A DNA stretch of 64,000 nt, from positions 16,410 to 80,409 of the forward strand of contig NZ_JTEV01000006.1 of the NCBI RefSeq assembly GCF_000786105.1, in the 5' to 3' direction. The position numbers and the translations under genes are program-made. Under the pieces are notes generated by a model. The model searched no databases. It was not told where the DNA came from and saw nothing but the letters and a program-made list of their open reading frames with translations. Positions 38,763 through 50,000 of this stretch are shown piece by piece. This DNA comes from Bdellovibrio sp. ArHS. GTDB lineage: Bacteria > Bdellovibrionota > Bdellovibrionia > Bdellovibrionales > Bdellovibrionaceae. Position 1 is the stretch's first letter; the number at the start of each line of letters is the position of its first letter.

Positions 38763-39893
38763 CTACCCCTGCCCTTGTCTGCGCAATACAAACGGATAAG
38801 TTACTTTCACGTCCACGCCTCCTTGAGGCACGGGGAACTTCCACGTTTTCAAACGCATTGTAATACAATCTTCGACACCCTTGTTCGCCATCGAAGAACT
38901 TTCAACTGAAGCTGATTTCACTAGACCATTGCCGCCGATGGTGAAACCCATCGCCACACGTCCGCTTAAGTTCGGAGTGCCTTGCAATGCCTGCTCGTAA
39001 CAGAATCGGACTTGGCCCAAGTTACGACGAATGACTTCGTCGATAGCGGAACGATCCAAACCTTGCGCAACTTCGGCTTCCGCACCCAGTGGAACTGGTG
39101 CTCCACCGGCAGAACCCACTAAAGAAAGACTTCCGTAACCAGCTTGGCCACCGCCTTTGCCTTTAGTTCCGTAGCCACCGCCACCCTGAATATTTCCACC
39201 CGTTCCCAAAGGAGCCGAAGTGATGCCTTTACCATAAAGTGATGTTTGCACACCGCCACTGCCACCCGTACCACCCAAACCGATACCGGCTGTGGTGTTC
39301 ACGGCGCCCAGATTCAAGCCCCCGCGTTGTTTACCAGAACGCAGACTTCCCAAAGCGGAAAGAGCACCCGAACGTTTAACCAGTTCCGCGCGCTTCGTTG
39401 GCATTTTTGTCGCAGTAGGATCTGCCGCCATATTGGTCGTTGGCTCCACCGTCTTACGCTTCATCTCTTTAGTCTGAACGATCTTCACGACCTGTTGCTT
39501 CAATTCTTCAGTGACTTTCGCGTTTTCACGAGGAGCAAACTGATAGATCGAAAGCAAAAGAAGGAACACCGCAAAGGCGAAAAGCATGGATGCTTTCAGA
39601 TCCTTCTTTGAATCCGTGCGAACGGAACCATCAACGGGGACGTTTTTAATTGCTTGCACCAGGCGCAAAGAACCGAAATTACCCAGCGGGAATTTTCGAT
39701 CCTTCATTTCATCGAAATCCAGGTCCGCAAGCTTAGAGAACTTGATTTTATCTTTCGTCAAAGCCGCAGTGTCAGTTACAACTTCCAGACGTTTTGTATC
39801 AAAACGCTGAATCAACTGCGCCTTCTTTTCCGTTACCGGAATCTGACGAGTCACATTTCCTGCATTGTCTTCTAAAATGAGTCTAAGATTCAT
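38763..39893 (-). CDS. AgmX/PglI/GltG-like protein with TonB C-terminal domain
   Basis: Single TM, Gly-rich linker, GLDRSAIDEVIRRNLGQVRFCYE...GRV...VEDCI...WKFPVPQGG.V.VTYPF. Confidence 0.88.
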   Translation of the reverse strand: MNLRLILEDNAGNVTRQIPVTEKKAQLIQRFDTKRLEVVTDTAALTKDKIKFSKLADLDFDEMKDRKFPLGNFGSLRLVQAIKNVPVDGSVRTDSKKDLKASMLFAFAVFLLLLSIYQFAPRENAKVTEELKQQVVKIVQTKEMKRKTVEPTTNMAADPTATKMPTKRAELVKRSGALSALGSLRSGKQRGGLNLGAVNTTAGIGLGGTGGSGGVQTSLYGKGITSAPLGTGGNIQGGGGYGTKGKGGGQAGYGSLSLVGSAGGAPVPLGAEAEVAQGLDRSAIDEVIRRNLGQVRFCYEQALQGTPNLSGRVAMGFTIGGNGLVKSASVESSSMANKGVEDCITMRLKTWKFPVPQGGVDVKVTYPFVLRRQGQG

Positions 39894-40144
39894 TTGCCCT
39901 TCACCTCACCCAAAGTCGCTGATTGCTTCATGCGATCTTTGAAGTCTGCTCTAACGCCAATCAAACTATTTAGTACTTTGTCTTCTTCAACAGTCGTCAC
40001 GGCCTCATCGGAAAAGTGATACTGACCGCTGACCAAAAGGTCTTCAAAGTTCATGTCAGTTTTTTTTGCCGGTTTCGCTTCTGGAGCGGCAAAAGCCACT
40101 GTCGCTGTTAAAGCTAATACCATCATCAATGCGTATTTCATCAT
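39890..40144 (-). CDS. small secreted GltF/CglF-like protein
   Basis: 84 aa; signal peptide; KTDMNFEDLLVSG and RADFKDRM resemble GltF-type motifs; operon position fits. Confidence 0.7.
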   Translation of the reverse strand: MMKYALMMVLALTATVAFAAPEAKPAKKTDMNFEDLLVSGQYHFSDEAVTTVEEDKVLNSLIGVRADFKDRMKQSATLGEVKGK

Positions 40145-43134
40145 TGTTTATCCCCTTTCACTTCACCGTCTTTTTTAGCCAGTGTCGCCAAACGTCCCTG
40201 CAGATACTCGACCATGCTTTTACGTTGGGCTTTCTTTTCCACAGCAATCGCTTCTTCGATCGCGCTTGCTGCAAATGGATTTTGTTTCAAATTCGTACGT
40301 GCCTTTTCCATCTCTGCCAAAGAAGGCTTTTGTTGAGCTGTGACGGAGGCCTTGATCTCGGTGACGGTCCCGGTCCAAGCGATCTTTTGATCCTCTGGAG
40401 CAATCGCCGCTACGGCCTCAACTTCTTCAACAATATAGTTGGCCCAATTGTAGTTTTGGTTGGCGAAAGTTTTGTAAGAATCCAAAGCGGTTTTTTGGCT
40501 CCAGAATTCTTTTACTTTTGTTTCCGCCATCATCGCCGTGTTCTGATTCGGCGCCACTTGCTGAGAAAGAATCGTCAGATATTCGTTTTCTTGTTCCGGC
40601 GTCAGACCCGCAGGCATTGGCAAAGCCAACGCCTCGTTATAGAAGCGTGAGTTTTCCTTGGCCACTAGATCCAAAGCCAACAACTGAGATGACCAGTCAC
40701 CGGTTGCAATTGCACGGTTGGCCACGCTGTCGATTTTTTCCAGAAGCTTCACGCGGGCTTTAAGTCCCATCGCGATCGTGTTCTGGTTTTTCGTATCGAT
40801 ATTGTGGGCTGCCGCCTGTTTGCCCAAATCTTTAAGATCAGCCAAAACCAAGATTTTTTCGATCATCACAAAGGCATCTTGTTTTGAGCCGCCTTTGTCT
40901 TTCAAAGCCTTTTCCAAAACCTTGCGGTCTTTTGTCAGACCATAAACTTCCAAAGCGGCGCGTGCGTAAAGGCCCGCATTGTTTTTGAAGTAAGGTTTGT
41001 AGGTGTCGAAGTCTTTCGCCGGCGTTTTCGACAAACGAATCAACTGTGTTGCAATTAAAGCCTTCTTTTCGTCGTCTTTAGATTGCTTCAGGTATTGAGT
41101 GTAGTAAGTCGCTGGGCTCTTATCCGCCAGCTCAGAATATAGAGCTAACTTAAGAACCTTTTCTTCCTGAGACAAAGAACTGAACTGCATTTGTTCTGCG
41201 GCCGCCAGAGCTGTCGCAAAATCCAACTCAAGCTCGGCAAACCACACCTTGCGTCCCAAAGCAAATTCGCGCTCTTCTGTGGTCAAGGCTTTTTCACGTA
41301 AAAGATCTTCCGTCGCAACCCGGGCTTCGGTGATTTTATTCAACTTCTCATTCAGCAAGATTTTATTTTTTAGGTAAATCTTCCTGTCTTCAGGTGTCGC
41401 CGATGCCATGTTGAAGCTTGCTAGAACTGCCAAAGCTTGATCCGGTTGGGCTTCCGCCAATTTCGCGGATTGAGTCAACACGGACTTTTCGTGGATCTGT
41501 TGGAACTCCCCTTTTTTGTCGACAAATTTCGAAGCATAAAGAGCAGACCATTGTTGAATGCGCGCATCGTCTTTAAGGAGAGCCAAGGCATCCAAGGACA
41601 ATTCTGCGGCCTGCACTTTAATCTGATTGGAACCTTTGCCATTGATCGCCAAGTCGTTCAACTGAACCGCTGCCGCTGCGTAATCAGCCTTTTGGTAGAT
41701 TGCATAGGCCTTTTGGTACTGAACATCGAAAGACTTTTGTTTAAGTACCGATTTGTTCAAGTAATCGTCTTGAGCCGCAAGCAAAAGCTTTTCGTCTTTT
41801 GATTTTTCCGCGTTTTCGATCCCCAAAAGCAAATTCTTCTCAAGCTTTTCAGCCTGTACTTTCTGCTGAGCCGAATCTTTCTCCGCAGAGTATTTTGCCA
41901 AAATCATTTTATTCGCTGAAGCCGTCCACAAAGCCGCCTGCGCGTACTGTCCTGCGGTCGCCGCTGCCTGAGAACCCCAAACGTACATATCTTCATCTTC
42001 TGGGAAAACTTTGAAATATTCGTCATAGGCGCCTAGCAGCTCGGCACTAGGTTTGCTGTTTTCTATGCGATTCCAGCCGACCACGAATTGACGAAGTCCT
42101 TTTGCGGACTCTTCACACGACGTCGCCGTGCAATCCGTCGCCCCCCAAAGGTTCAAGCCCATTTGGTAGGCCTTGAAAGCCGCCGGAATATTTTTAAGAT
42201 CGAAATTCAACTGAGCCATGCGCACTTGCGCCTCAAGACGCATTTTAGGATCAGCTTGTTTTTGATAAACGAAATCCCACACTTTTAAAGACGGCTCTTT
42301 TTGCCCCAAACGCAGACCTTCGCGAGCCAACATTGTCACTTGCTGAAGTTTGAACTGCTCTGGAGAAAGTGCAAATAAAGTCTCGGCATCGCCGTCTTTG
42401 ATTCCACGTGCGGCCATGAAAGTCGCCAAGTCACGCGAAACCTCTTCCAAGAACTGCACGTCCGCAACACCGCGAGAAGCCACCATGCGAGACTGCAATT
42501 TTGGATTTTTAAGAATCCCCTGAAGCTTCACAATAGAAGTTTCAAGATCCCCCATACGGAAAGAACACCAGGCCTCGCGGTATGCAGCCAAACCTTGAGA
42601 GCTCGCGCCTTCCGTTGCCAAAACTTTTCCGTAAAGTTCTTGGGCCTTTTTAAAATCAGATTTTCTAAAAGCCATTTCTGCCAAAGACAGATTGGCCTCG
42701 GCCATCTCGATCGGAGATGAAGAGGAACTTAACATCGCTTGGTAGCTTTTTTCCGCTAGCTCATTGCGGCCTTGAAGCTCATAAAGATGGCCCATTTGTA
42801 AATGCACCTTCGCCACAGAGTTTGGCGAAACCTTCGTCAAAGCCTCTGTGTAATACGAAAGAGCCTTTTCGCGGTCTTTTTCACCCGCTTTACAAACCAC
42901 GCAACCGTCATTCAATTCTTTCATCGAAAGCTGACGAGCGCGTTCGGCATGCAGATCCGCCAAACGCAAAAGAACTCCGGCTCTGGCAGGATCTGCCGGA
43001 GCCAAGCCCAATTGCACTTGAGTTAGTTTTTGAATTAGGAGGTCTTGAGTCGACCCTGATTGAGTCGCAGATGTTTGCGCTGACGCTGCCACACCCACTG
43101 ACAAAGAGAAAATTAAAAGTCCTTTTTTCATCAT
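40141..43134 (-). CDS. large secreted TPR protein (GltD/AgmU-like)
   Basis: LLRLADLHAE, HLQMGHLYELQG and AAYREAWCSFRMG TPR units; 997 aa. Confidence 0.83.
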   Translation of the reverse strand: MMKKGLLIFSLSVGVAASAQTSATQSGSTQDLLIQKLTQVQLGLAPADPARAGVLLRLADLHAERARQLSMKELNDGCVVCKAGEKDREKALSYYTEALTKVSPNSVAKVHLQMGHLYELQGRNELAEKSYQAMLSSSSSPIEMAEANLSLAEMAFRKSDFKKAQELYGKVLATEGASSQGLAAYREAWCSFRMGDLETSIVKLQGILKNPKLQSRMVASRGVADVQFLEEVSRDLATFMAARGIKDGDAETLFALSPEQFKLQQVTMLAREGLRLGQKEPSLKVWDFVYQKQADPKMRLEAQVRMAQLNFDLKNIPAAFKAYQMGLNLWGATDCTATSCEESAKGLRQFVVGWNRIENSKPSAELLGAYDEYFKVFPEDEDMYVWGSQAAATAGQYAQAALWTASANKMILAKYSAEKDSAQQKVQAEKLEKNLLLGIENAEKSKDEKLLLAAQDDYLNKSVLKQKSFDVQYQKAYAIYQKADYAAAAVQLNDLAINGKGSNQIKVQAAELSLDALALLKDDARIQQWSALYASKFVDKKGEFQQIHEKSVLTQSAKLAEAQPDQALAVLASFNMASATPEDRKIYLKNKILLNEKLNKITEARVATEDLLREKALTTEEREFALGRKVWFAELELDFATALAAAEQMQFSSLSQEEKVLKLALYSELADKSPATYYTQYLKQSKDDEKKALIATQLIRLSKTPAKDFDTYKPYFKNNAGLYARAALEVYGLTKDRKVLEKALKDKGGSKQDAFVMIEKILVLADLKDLGKQAAAHNIDTKNQNTIAMGLKARVKLLEKIDSVANRAIATGDWSSQLLALDLVAKENSRFYNEALALPMPAGLTPEQENEYLTILSQQVAPNQNTAMMAETKVKEFWSQKTALDSYKTFANQNYNWANYIVEEVEAVAAIAPEDQKIAWTGTVTEIKASVTAQQKPSLAEMEKARTNLKQNPFAASAIEEAIAVEKKAQRKSMVEYLQGRLATLAKKDGEVKGDKQ

Positions 43135-43157
43135 CGAGACCCCCTCCGTCCCTAAAA

Positions 43158-43655
43158 CTACTTCAGCACAACTGCAAATTTAATATCGCTGTATCCCGCT
43201 TGGTTCATCCCCAGTATGACCTGGTTCAGGAACTCATACTTCACTCGGCGGTCAGCTTGAATCGTTGCCACCCCCGGGAAGGCTTCATTCGGGTGAAGCT
43301 CCTGGTACTTCTTACGAAGTTCCAAAAGTTCCGCAGTGATCGTATCTGCGGTGACTAATTTATCTTCAACGTAAATCTTGCCTTCGTCGATTTTGATTAC
43401 CGGATTTCTTTCCAAAACAGCGCCAAGATGGGCCTTCGGAAGCTCCTGGTTTTTGCCAATCATCAGGATTTCACCAGTGCTGGAGAAATTCATAAGAAGG
43501 AAGATCACTAGGATAGAGAACGCATCGATCAAGGCCGTCAAAAGAAGATCAGCCGCGATGTTGCGTTTTCCTTTAGCTCCACGAGGATTGATAATAGAGT
43601 GTCCCTCTAAAGTCCCCGTTAAGACTGATGTCTTTAAAATGCCATCAGAAATCAC
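43158..43655 (-). CDS. ExbD/TolR family protein (AglS-like)
   Basis: LTALIDAFSILVIFLL TM with conserved Asp; IQADRRVKYE. Confidence 0.92.
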   Translation of the reverse strand: MISDGILKTSVLTGTLEGHSIINPRGAKGKRNIAADLLLTALIDAFSILVIFLLMNFSSTGEILMIGKNQELPKAHLGAVLERNPVIKIDEGKIYVEDKLVTADTITAELLELRKKYQELHPNEAFPGVATIQADRRVKYEFLNQVILGMNQAGYSDIKFAVVLK

Positions 43656-43665
43656 AAAACCCCCA

Positions 43666-44121
43666 TTATAAAGGAGAAACGCCTAAATCGTTCATTCCGC
43701 TCTTCTTCAGCTGATCCATAACGTCGATAATTTCTTCGTAGGAAGTCGCTGCCGTCGGCTGAATCAAACCCGTATTCAGAGAAGGCTCGACAGCTTTTAA
43801 GTTTGTCAGAGCTTTTTCCAAACCTTCGTAATTCACCTTTTTATCAACTTGCGCCACGCGAAACTTACGAAGACCCGCTGGAACCAAAGAGCTTTGTTGC
43901 ACTTCAAGGTCCAAGTCTCCGGCAGGCGTCATGCGAATCCACACAAGAGGACTTTTCTTCGTGTCTTCTTGCGCCTGACCACCGACGGCCTGTTTCACGT
44001 CCATCGATCCCACGTTCAACCACACAGCGGTGATCAACAGGAAACAGATCGACACTGACAACAAGTCAATGAACGGAATAAGGTTAACTTCAAAATCCAA
44101 ATGCTTTTTAGAGTGTTTCAT
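43666..44121 (-). CDS. ExbD/TolR family protein (AglQ-like)
   Basis: VNLIPFIDLLSVSICFLL TM with conserved Asp; SYEEIIDVMD. Confidence 0.92.
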   Translation of the reverse strand: MKHSKKHLDFEVNLIPFIDLLSVSICFLLITAVWLNVGSMDVKQAVGGQAQEDTKKSPLVWIRMTPAGDLDLEVQQSSLVPAGLRKFRVAQVDKKVNYEGLEKALTNLKAVEPSLNTGLIQPTAATSYEEIIDVMDQLKKSGMNDLGVSPL

Positions 44122-44135
44122 AAACCCTCTTAAGC

Positions 44136-44840
44136 TTACGCATTCACTTCAGTGTGGCGCTCAGACTTGTTGGTTTTGATTTGGTAAGATGTCATTGGGT
44201 CGTAAGAGTAGCTCAACCAGTTGTAAACTTTCAAACCACCTTGATTCAAATCTTCAGCCAAACGATTCGCTCTGTTCTGCAAAATTGCGTAAGCAACTAG
44301 AGCTGGGATCGCGGCGATCAAACCGTAAGCCGTCGCATTCATCGCTTCAGAGATACCGGCAGAAAGCAAAGATGCTTTTTCCGCTGGGTTTGCGAATGCC
44401 ACTGCGGCGAATGACTTGATCATACCTGTGATAGTACCAAGAAGACCTGTCAAAGTTGCGACGTTACCAAGCATCGTCAAAAAACCTGTGCGGTAATCAA
44501 GATGACCGTTTTCTTCAAGAAGAACTTCGTCCATTTTACCTTGGATTTCTTCTTTGCCACCCAAGTTGCGTGCAGCCAATGCACCCGCAGCGATAGCACG
44601 AGCGACAGGATTTTCAGTCGCACCTGCTTGCGCTTTAGAGATCACAGCATCCATTTCTCCGCGGCGAATAGACTCTTCAAAGCCCATTGCAAATGCTGTT
44701 TGATTCAACTTGCGACGCACGAAAAGCGCGTAAGTTCTTTCAATGATAATAGCGATTGATGCTACTTGGATGAGCAAGATCGGCCACATCCAGAATCCAC
44801 CGTGTTCAAATGCTTGGGCAACTTTCGTTAGGAATTCCAT
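44136..44840 (-). CDS. MotA/TolQ/ExbB family protein (AglR-like)
   Basis: GGFWMWPI, ATLTGLLGTITGMI, GISEAMNATAYGL; ATG 44840 follows GGAGGGG. Confidence 0.93.
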   Translation of the reverse strand: MEFLTKVAQAFEHGGFWMWPILLIQVASIAIIIERTYALFVRRKLNQTAFAMGFEESIRRGEMDAVISKAQAGATENPVARAIAAGALAARNLGGKEEIQGKMDEVLLEENGHLDYRTGFLTMLGNVATLTGLLGTITGMIKSFAAVAFANPAEKASLLSAGISEAMNATAYGLIAAIPALVAYAILQNRANRLAEDLNQGGLKVYNWLSYSYDPMTSYQIKTNKSERHTEVNA

Positions 44841-45135
44841 ATTTCCCCTCCAATATGTTTGTGGTAAGAACGACTTACTCACGTATTCGCCAAAGATTAC
44901 AGACCATGGTCTAGGGGTTTGCAAAGCGAAATGCACATTGACACGGCCTATTAACTACAAAAACTTAACTTTTACTTGTCATAATTCTGTAAAACGCCGG
45001 GCAGTTTAATCTGTAATGTTCGCGGAACGACGAAGGGATTTAAAGCTGTCGTGTCAGCTTCTGTGAAAGAAGCCACCCAAGCGACTTTGAGATCACAAGG
45101 CGCCGCAACAACCTGGCGGCACCTTGCACTAAGGA

Positions 45136-46476
45136 CTACTGATTAAATGTTTTCAATTTTGCGGCCACGTAGGCGTTCAACTGACTCATTGGCACTCGCT
45201 CTTGAGTCATCTTATCGCGATGACGAACGGTCACAGCCTGATCATTGATCGTATCAAAATCGACTGTCACACAATAAGGAGTTCCCACTTCGTCTTGGCG
45301 ACGATAGCGTTTTCCGATCGACGCTGTTTCGTCGTAAGTCACGTCAAAGTCTTCCGCCAACTGATTGCGCAGTTTTTCTGCAATCGAAGTCAGTTCTTCT
45401 TTTTTAGACAGTGGCAACACCGCAACCTTAAATGGCGCGATATCAGGATGCAGACCCAAAACCACGCGCACATCTTCTTTACCCGCTTCATCCGTCGTGA
45501 TTTCTTCGCGATAAGCATCACAAAGAAAGGCCAGGAATAGGCGGTCACAACCCACGGCTGTTTCGATCACATAAGGAATGTACTTTTCTTTGTTCGCCTC
45601 GTCGAAGTACTCCAGATTTTTACCGGAAAACTTCGAATGTTGGGACAAGTCGAAATCGGAACGATTGTGGATACCTTCAAGCTCTGAAAAACCCATAGGG
45701 AATTTATATTCAACATCCACCGCCGCGCGCGCATAGTGCGCCAGCTTATCGTGATCTTTGAATTTTAAATTCTCGGGACGAATGCCATATTTAATGTAGA
45801 AGTTCCAACGGGTCTCTTTCCACTCGGTAAAGTATTTTTCATCCGTTCCTGGTTTCACGAAATATTGCATTTCCATCTGTTCAAATTCACGCGTACGGAA
45901 AATAAAGTTTCCGGGCGTGATTTCGTTACGGAAAGATTTACCAATAGCCGCAATACCAAAAGGAATCTTGTAACGCGAGGACTGCTGACAGTTTTGGAAA
46001 TTCACGAAGTGCCCTTGCGCCGTTTCCGGACGCAAGTAAATCACACTGGCAGAGTCTTCCAGCGGACCCATGTGAGTTTTGAACATCAAGTTGAAATTTC
46101 TTTCCTCAGAAAGATTCTTGCTACCACAGTTCGGGCACTTTTTGTCTTTAAGATAAGATTCGGTGTTGTCAGCCCGGAAGCGCGTTTTACACTCTTTACA
46201 ATCCACCAAAGGATCGCTGAATCCGTCCACGTGACCAGAGGCTTTCCACACCGTGGGATGCATCAGAATAGCCGCATCAAGCCCCACGATATCAGATCGA
46301 CGAGTCATGGCATTCCACCACGCACGCTTCACATTCAACTTCATCAAAGAACCCAAAGGGCCATAATCCCAGCAACTAGCTAGACCCCCATAGATTTCAC
46401 TCGATTGAAAAACAAAACCACGACGTTTGCTAAGACTTACAACAGTATTGAGGTCTTCACAGTGCTTAATTTTCAT
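45136..46476 (-). CDS. glyQS: glycine--tRNA ligase, homodimeric alpha2 type
   Basis: [40 protein letters not shown], anticodon domain [15 protein letters not shown]; start moved to ATG 46476. Confidence 0.97.
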   Translation of the reverse strand: MKIKHCEDLNTVVSLSKRRGFVFQSSEIYGGLASCWDYGPLGSLMKLNVKRAWWNAMTRRSDIVGLDAAILMHPTVWKASGHVDGFSDPLVDCKECKTRFRADNTESYLKDKKCPNCGSKNLSEERNFNLMFKTHMGPLEDSASVIYLRPETAQGHFVNFQNCQQSSRYKIPFGIAAIGKSFRNEITPGNFIFRTREFEQMEMQYFVKPGTDEKYFTEWKETRWNFYIKYGIRPENLKFKDHDKLAHYARAAVDVEYKFPMGFSELEGIHNRSDFDLSQHSKFSGKNLEYFDEANKEKYIPYVIETAVGCDRLFLAFLCDAYREEITTDEAGKEDVRVVLGLHPDIAPFKVAVLPLSKKEELTSIAEKLRNQLAEDFDVTYDETASIGKRYRRQDEVGTPYCVTVDFDTINDQAVTVRHRDKMTQERVPMSQLNAYVAAKLKTFNQ

Positions 46477-46593
46477 GCTGGGCTCCAAAAAAGGTAAGAA
46501 ATACCAGTTATGTACTCTTACATTTGGTCCAGAAGCAGTCAAGGAAACAGGGTCTGCTTGCCTAAAGGACCTGAGGTCAGCGAAGCTAATCTC

Positions 46594-46950
46594 ATGCAGT
46601 GCATCCGAAAAAATCATGCCCTTTTACTACTAGGTCTTTTGCTCCTTTTACCTAAGGCGCACTCTGAATCTGTCACAAAGTTTGTTACAAAAGAGGAAAA
46701 GATCCGCGAAGAGATGATTGTCATATCCCGCGAACTGGGCGTGACCTGCACTGAGTGCCACAATGTTCAAAATTTCCGCAATGATTCCAAAAAATCTTTC
46801 AAAGTCAGCAAAGAACATATGAAGCTGACTCAAATGTTGAAAGAAAACGGCTTCGACGGAAAAAAAGGCCCCGCGGCCACCTGCTACATGTGTCATCGTG
46901 GGAAACTTATGCCGGATTATAAAGAGCCCGTCTCTGCCAAAGCTCAATAG
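46594..46950 (+). CDS. small diheme c-type cytochrome (reaction-centre cytochrome c subunit-like)
   Basis: Signal peptide; two CxxCH motifs (CTECH, CYMCH) with Met-containing helices before them. Confidence 0.85.
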   Translation: MQCIRKNHALLLLGLLLLLPKAHSESVTKFVTKEEKIREEMIVISRELGVTCTECHNVQNFRNDSKKSFKVSKEHMKLTQMLKENGFDGKKGPAATCYMCHRGKLMPDYKEPVSAKAQ

Positions 46951-47082
46951 CGAAATGAAACTTCCTTAAAAAATAATTCGAACCTACTTGCCACCTACGC
47001 CGTCTAAATTCCATCGGCCCGATGCCCGCCTATTGACACTCGGTTTTTATAGGTAAAAATATTCGTGCGCGAAAGGACCACC

Positions 47083-50000
47083 ATGAATTTGATAGACCTC
47101 TCAATTCGCCGCCCCGTCTTTGCCTGGGTTCTGATGTTTGCTCTTATTGTTTTTGGCGCCATCTGTATGAACCGAATGGGGATCAGCCAATTGCCAGACG
47201 TCGACTTTCCGGTCATCAGTGTTTCTGTCGATTACGAAGGTGCCGCTCCTGAAATTGTTGAGGCCGAGTTGATTGATCCCATCGAAGAAAGACTTTTGGC
47301 TATTGAAGGCATCAAGGAAATGCGCTCCTCCGCCCGCCAAGGCTCTGGCTCAGTGACTCTGGAGTTCGACATCAATCGCAACGTCGATGTGGTTCTACAG
47401 GAAGTACAAACCGCCCTCAGCCGAATGCGCTGGCCTCCGGGCGTGGACCCGGCCACCGTCCGGAAACAAAATCCTGAAGAAGATCCCATCATTATTCTCT
47501 CTATCTATGGCGAATCCGATCTACGCGAGATGATCAACTGGACTGAAAACTACCTGCTGGATCAGATCCGCTTTTTACCGGGCGTTGGGGAGGTCAGCAT
47601 CCAGGGCTTCAGTCAAAGAAATCTGCGCATCTGGGTGGACCCGAAAAAACTGGAAGCTCTTTACCTGACCCTCGCGGATGTCATTGAAGCTATTAGCTCT
47701 CAACACATCGAAAGCGCTGCCGGGCAATTCACTGAAAAAGAACGCGAACTGCGCGTGCGTTGGCTGGGTGAAGCCACCAACGTCAATGAAGTCGGCAATA
47801 TCCAAATTCTTCGCCGCGGTGGTCAGCGCATCCATGACAGAAATATCTATATCCGCGATGTCGCACGGGTCGAAGACGGTCTTTCTGACATTCGCCGTGT
47901 CGCCCGCGTGGATGGGCGCCAGGCCATTTCAATCTCGGTAAAAAAACAACGCGGCACCAACGAAGTCACGGTGGCTCAGGAAGTTCGTAAAAAACTGGAA
48001 TCCATCAAAGGCAGCTTTCCTGAAGGCTTCAACTTTCGAGTGAACGTCGACTTCACCCTTCCGACCGATGCCACCGTGCACTTGACGATTGAAAAGCTGT
48101 GGGTTGCCGCCTTGATCACCATTCTGGTTTGTTTCTTTTTTCTGGGAAGCATTCAGGCCGCTGTTAATATTTTGTTTTCAATCCCGACCTCCATCGTTGG
48201 AACTTTCATTATACTTTATTTTTCCGGATTCACTCTGAACCTGTTCACACTCTTAGCTTTGACACTTTCAATTTCGATTGTCGTCGACGATGCAATCATG
48301 CTTTTGGAAAACATCGTGCGCCACTATCGTATGGGAAAAGGCTCGGCGCGCGCGGCTTCAGATGGCTCGAAGGAAGTTTTGCCGGCAGCCATTGCCGCCA
48401 CCCTCGCGGTCATCGCGGTTTTCCTGCCCGTGATTTTCATGGATGGTATTATCGGAAAATTCTTCTTTCAGTTTGGCGTAACGATGAGCGCCGCTGTCTC
48501 ACTATCATTGCTTGAAGCGGTCACCATCACTCCCATGCGAGCCGCAGCCTTGCTCAGCACCGAACCCAAAGTTTCTAAACTGGAACATTTTTTAGATGTT
48601 CTTTTTGAAAAATTCTCTCACGCTTATCAACGCGTGCTTAAGGGAACTTTGCGCTTTAAATACGTCATCGTGGGTGGCTCTTTGGTGTTCTTTGTCGTTT
48701 CCTTGATTCTGGTCAGCAAAGTTCGTCAGGAGTTCGTTCCTGCCCAGGACCAAAATTTCATCATTATCAATGGCCAGATGCCGCCGGGAACGGCCCTGGA
48801 AAAAACCAGTGCTGAAGCGACTAAGGTTGAAGCGATCATTAAACAAGACGCCAACGTCGAAGGCTTTGTGATTTCCGTGGGCGGCGGCGGCGGAAGCTCA
48901 AACGTCAATCAGTTCTTTCTTCCCGTGGCCTTAAAGCCTCGCGCTGAGCGCGCCGAGGGACACTTGCAAATCATGAACAGATGGCGCCAGGAATTTAAAA
49001 AACTTAAGAACATGCGCATCTCCATGCGCGACATTTCGGCCCGCAATCTTTCCACCGGTCGGCAAAATCCGCTTGCGATCAATCTGCGCGGACCGGATCT
49101 CAGCGTCCTTTTCGCAAAATCCAACGAACTGATGGCGCGCCTTGAAAGCGAAAAGCTCGCGGTGGATCTAGACACGGATTTCCGCATGGGGATTCCGGAA
49201 CTGGTGCTTCTGCCTCAGCGAGGTGCGATGGCCGCGCGAGGCGTGTCCGTCGAAGATGTCGGAAAAATTCTTTCTGCTGGCGTGGGTGGACAGCGTGAAG
49301 GTCGCTACACTGCCGACGGAAGACGTTACGACATTCGCTTTAAGTTCTTAGAAGAACAGATCCAAAAGCCCGAAGATTTCAAGCGTCTGTATGTGCGCAA
49401 TAATTTTGGCAACCTCATCCCGCTTTCGCAGTTGGTCGACATTAAAGAGGAAAAAGCGATTCAAGGAATTTCGCGCGTGAACCGACAAAGAGCGATCTCG
49501 GTCTTCGGGAACTTGTCTCCCGGGCAATCCCAGGCCCAGGTGCTTGATCGCGCTAGTGCGATCGCCAAAGAGATTCTTCCTGCCGGATATTCTTTCGCTT
49601 TGGAAGGGGCTTCGGCCGGTTTTGCGGATTCTTTCAAAAGTCTGTATTCCGCGATGATGGTCGGCATTTTGGTCGCATATCTGATTTTGGCCGTACAGTT
49701 CAATTCCTTCATTCATCCGATTTCAGTGTTGGTCGCCTTGCCTTTCAGCGTGACGGGAGCCTTGGTCGCCCTATGGATGTTTGATATTTCATTGAACCTG
49801 TTCAGCTTTATTGGTTTGATTGTTCTGATGGGTATCGCCAAAAAGAACTCGATTCTGCTAGTGGAATTTACCAACCAAGTTCGTCATCGTGGGGAAAAAG
49901 ACATTTCCAAGGCGCTTCTGGAGGCCTGCCCCGTCCGTCTGCGCCCTATCTTAATGACGTCGGTGGCGACGGTGGCGGCGGCTCTGCCACTGGTGATCGG

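Noticed and set aside
42717-43358. 213-aa plus-strand ORF
   Set aside because: Overlaps two operonic gliding genes antisense; low-information sequence.
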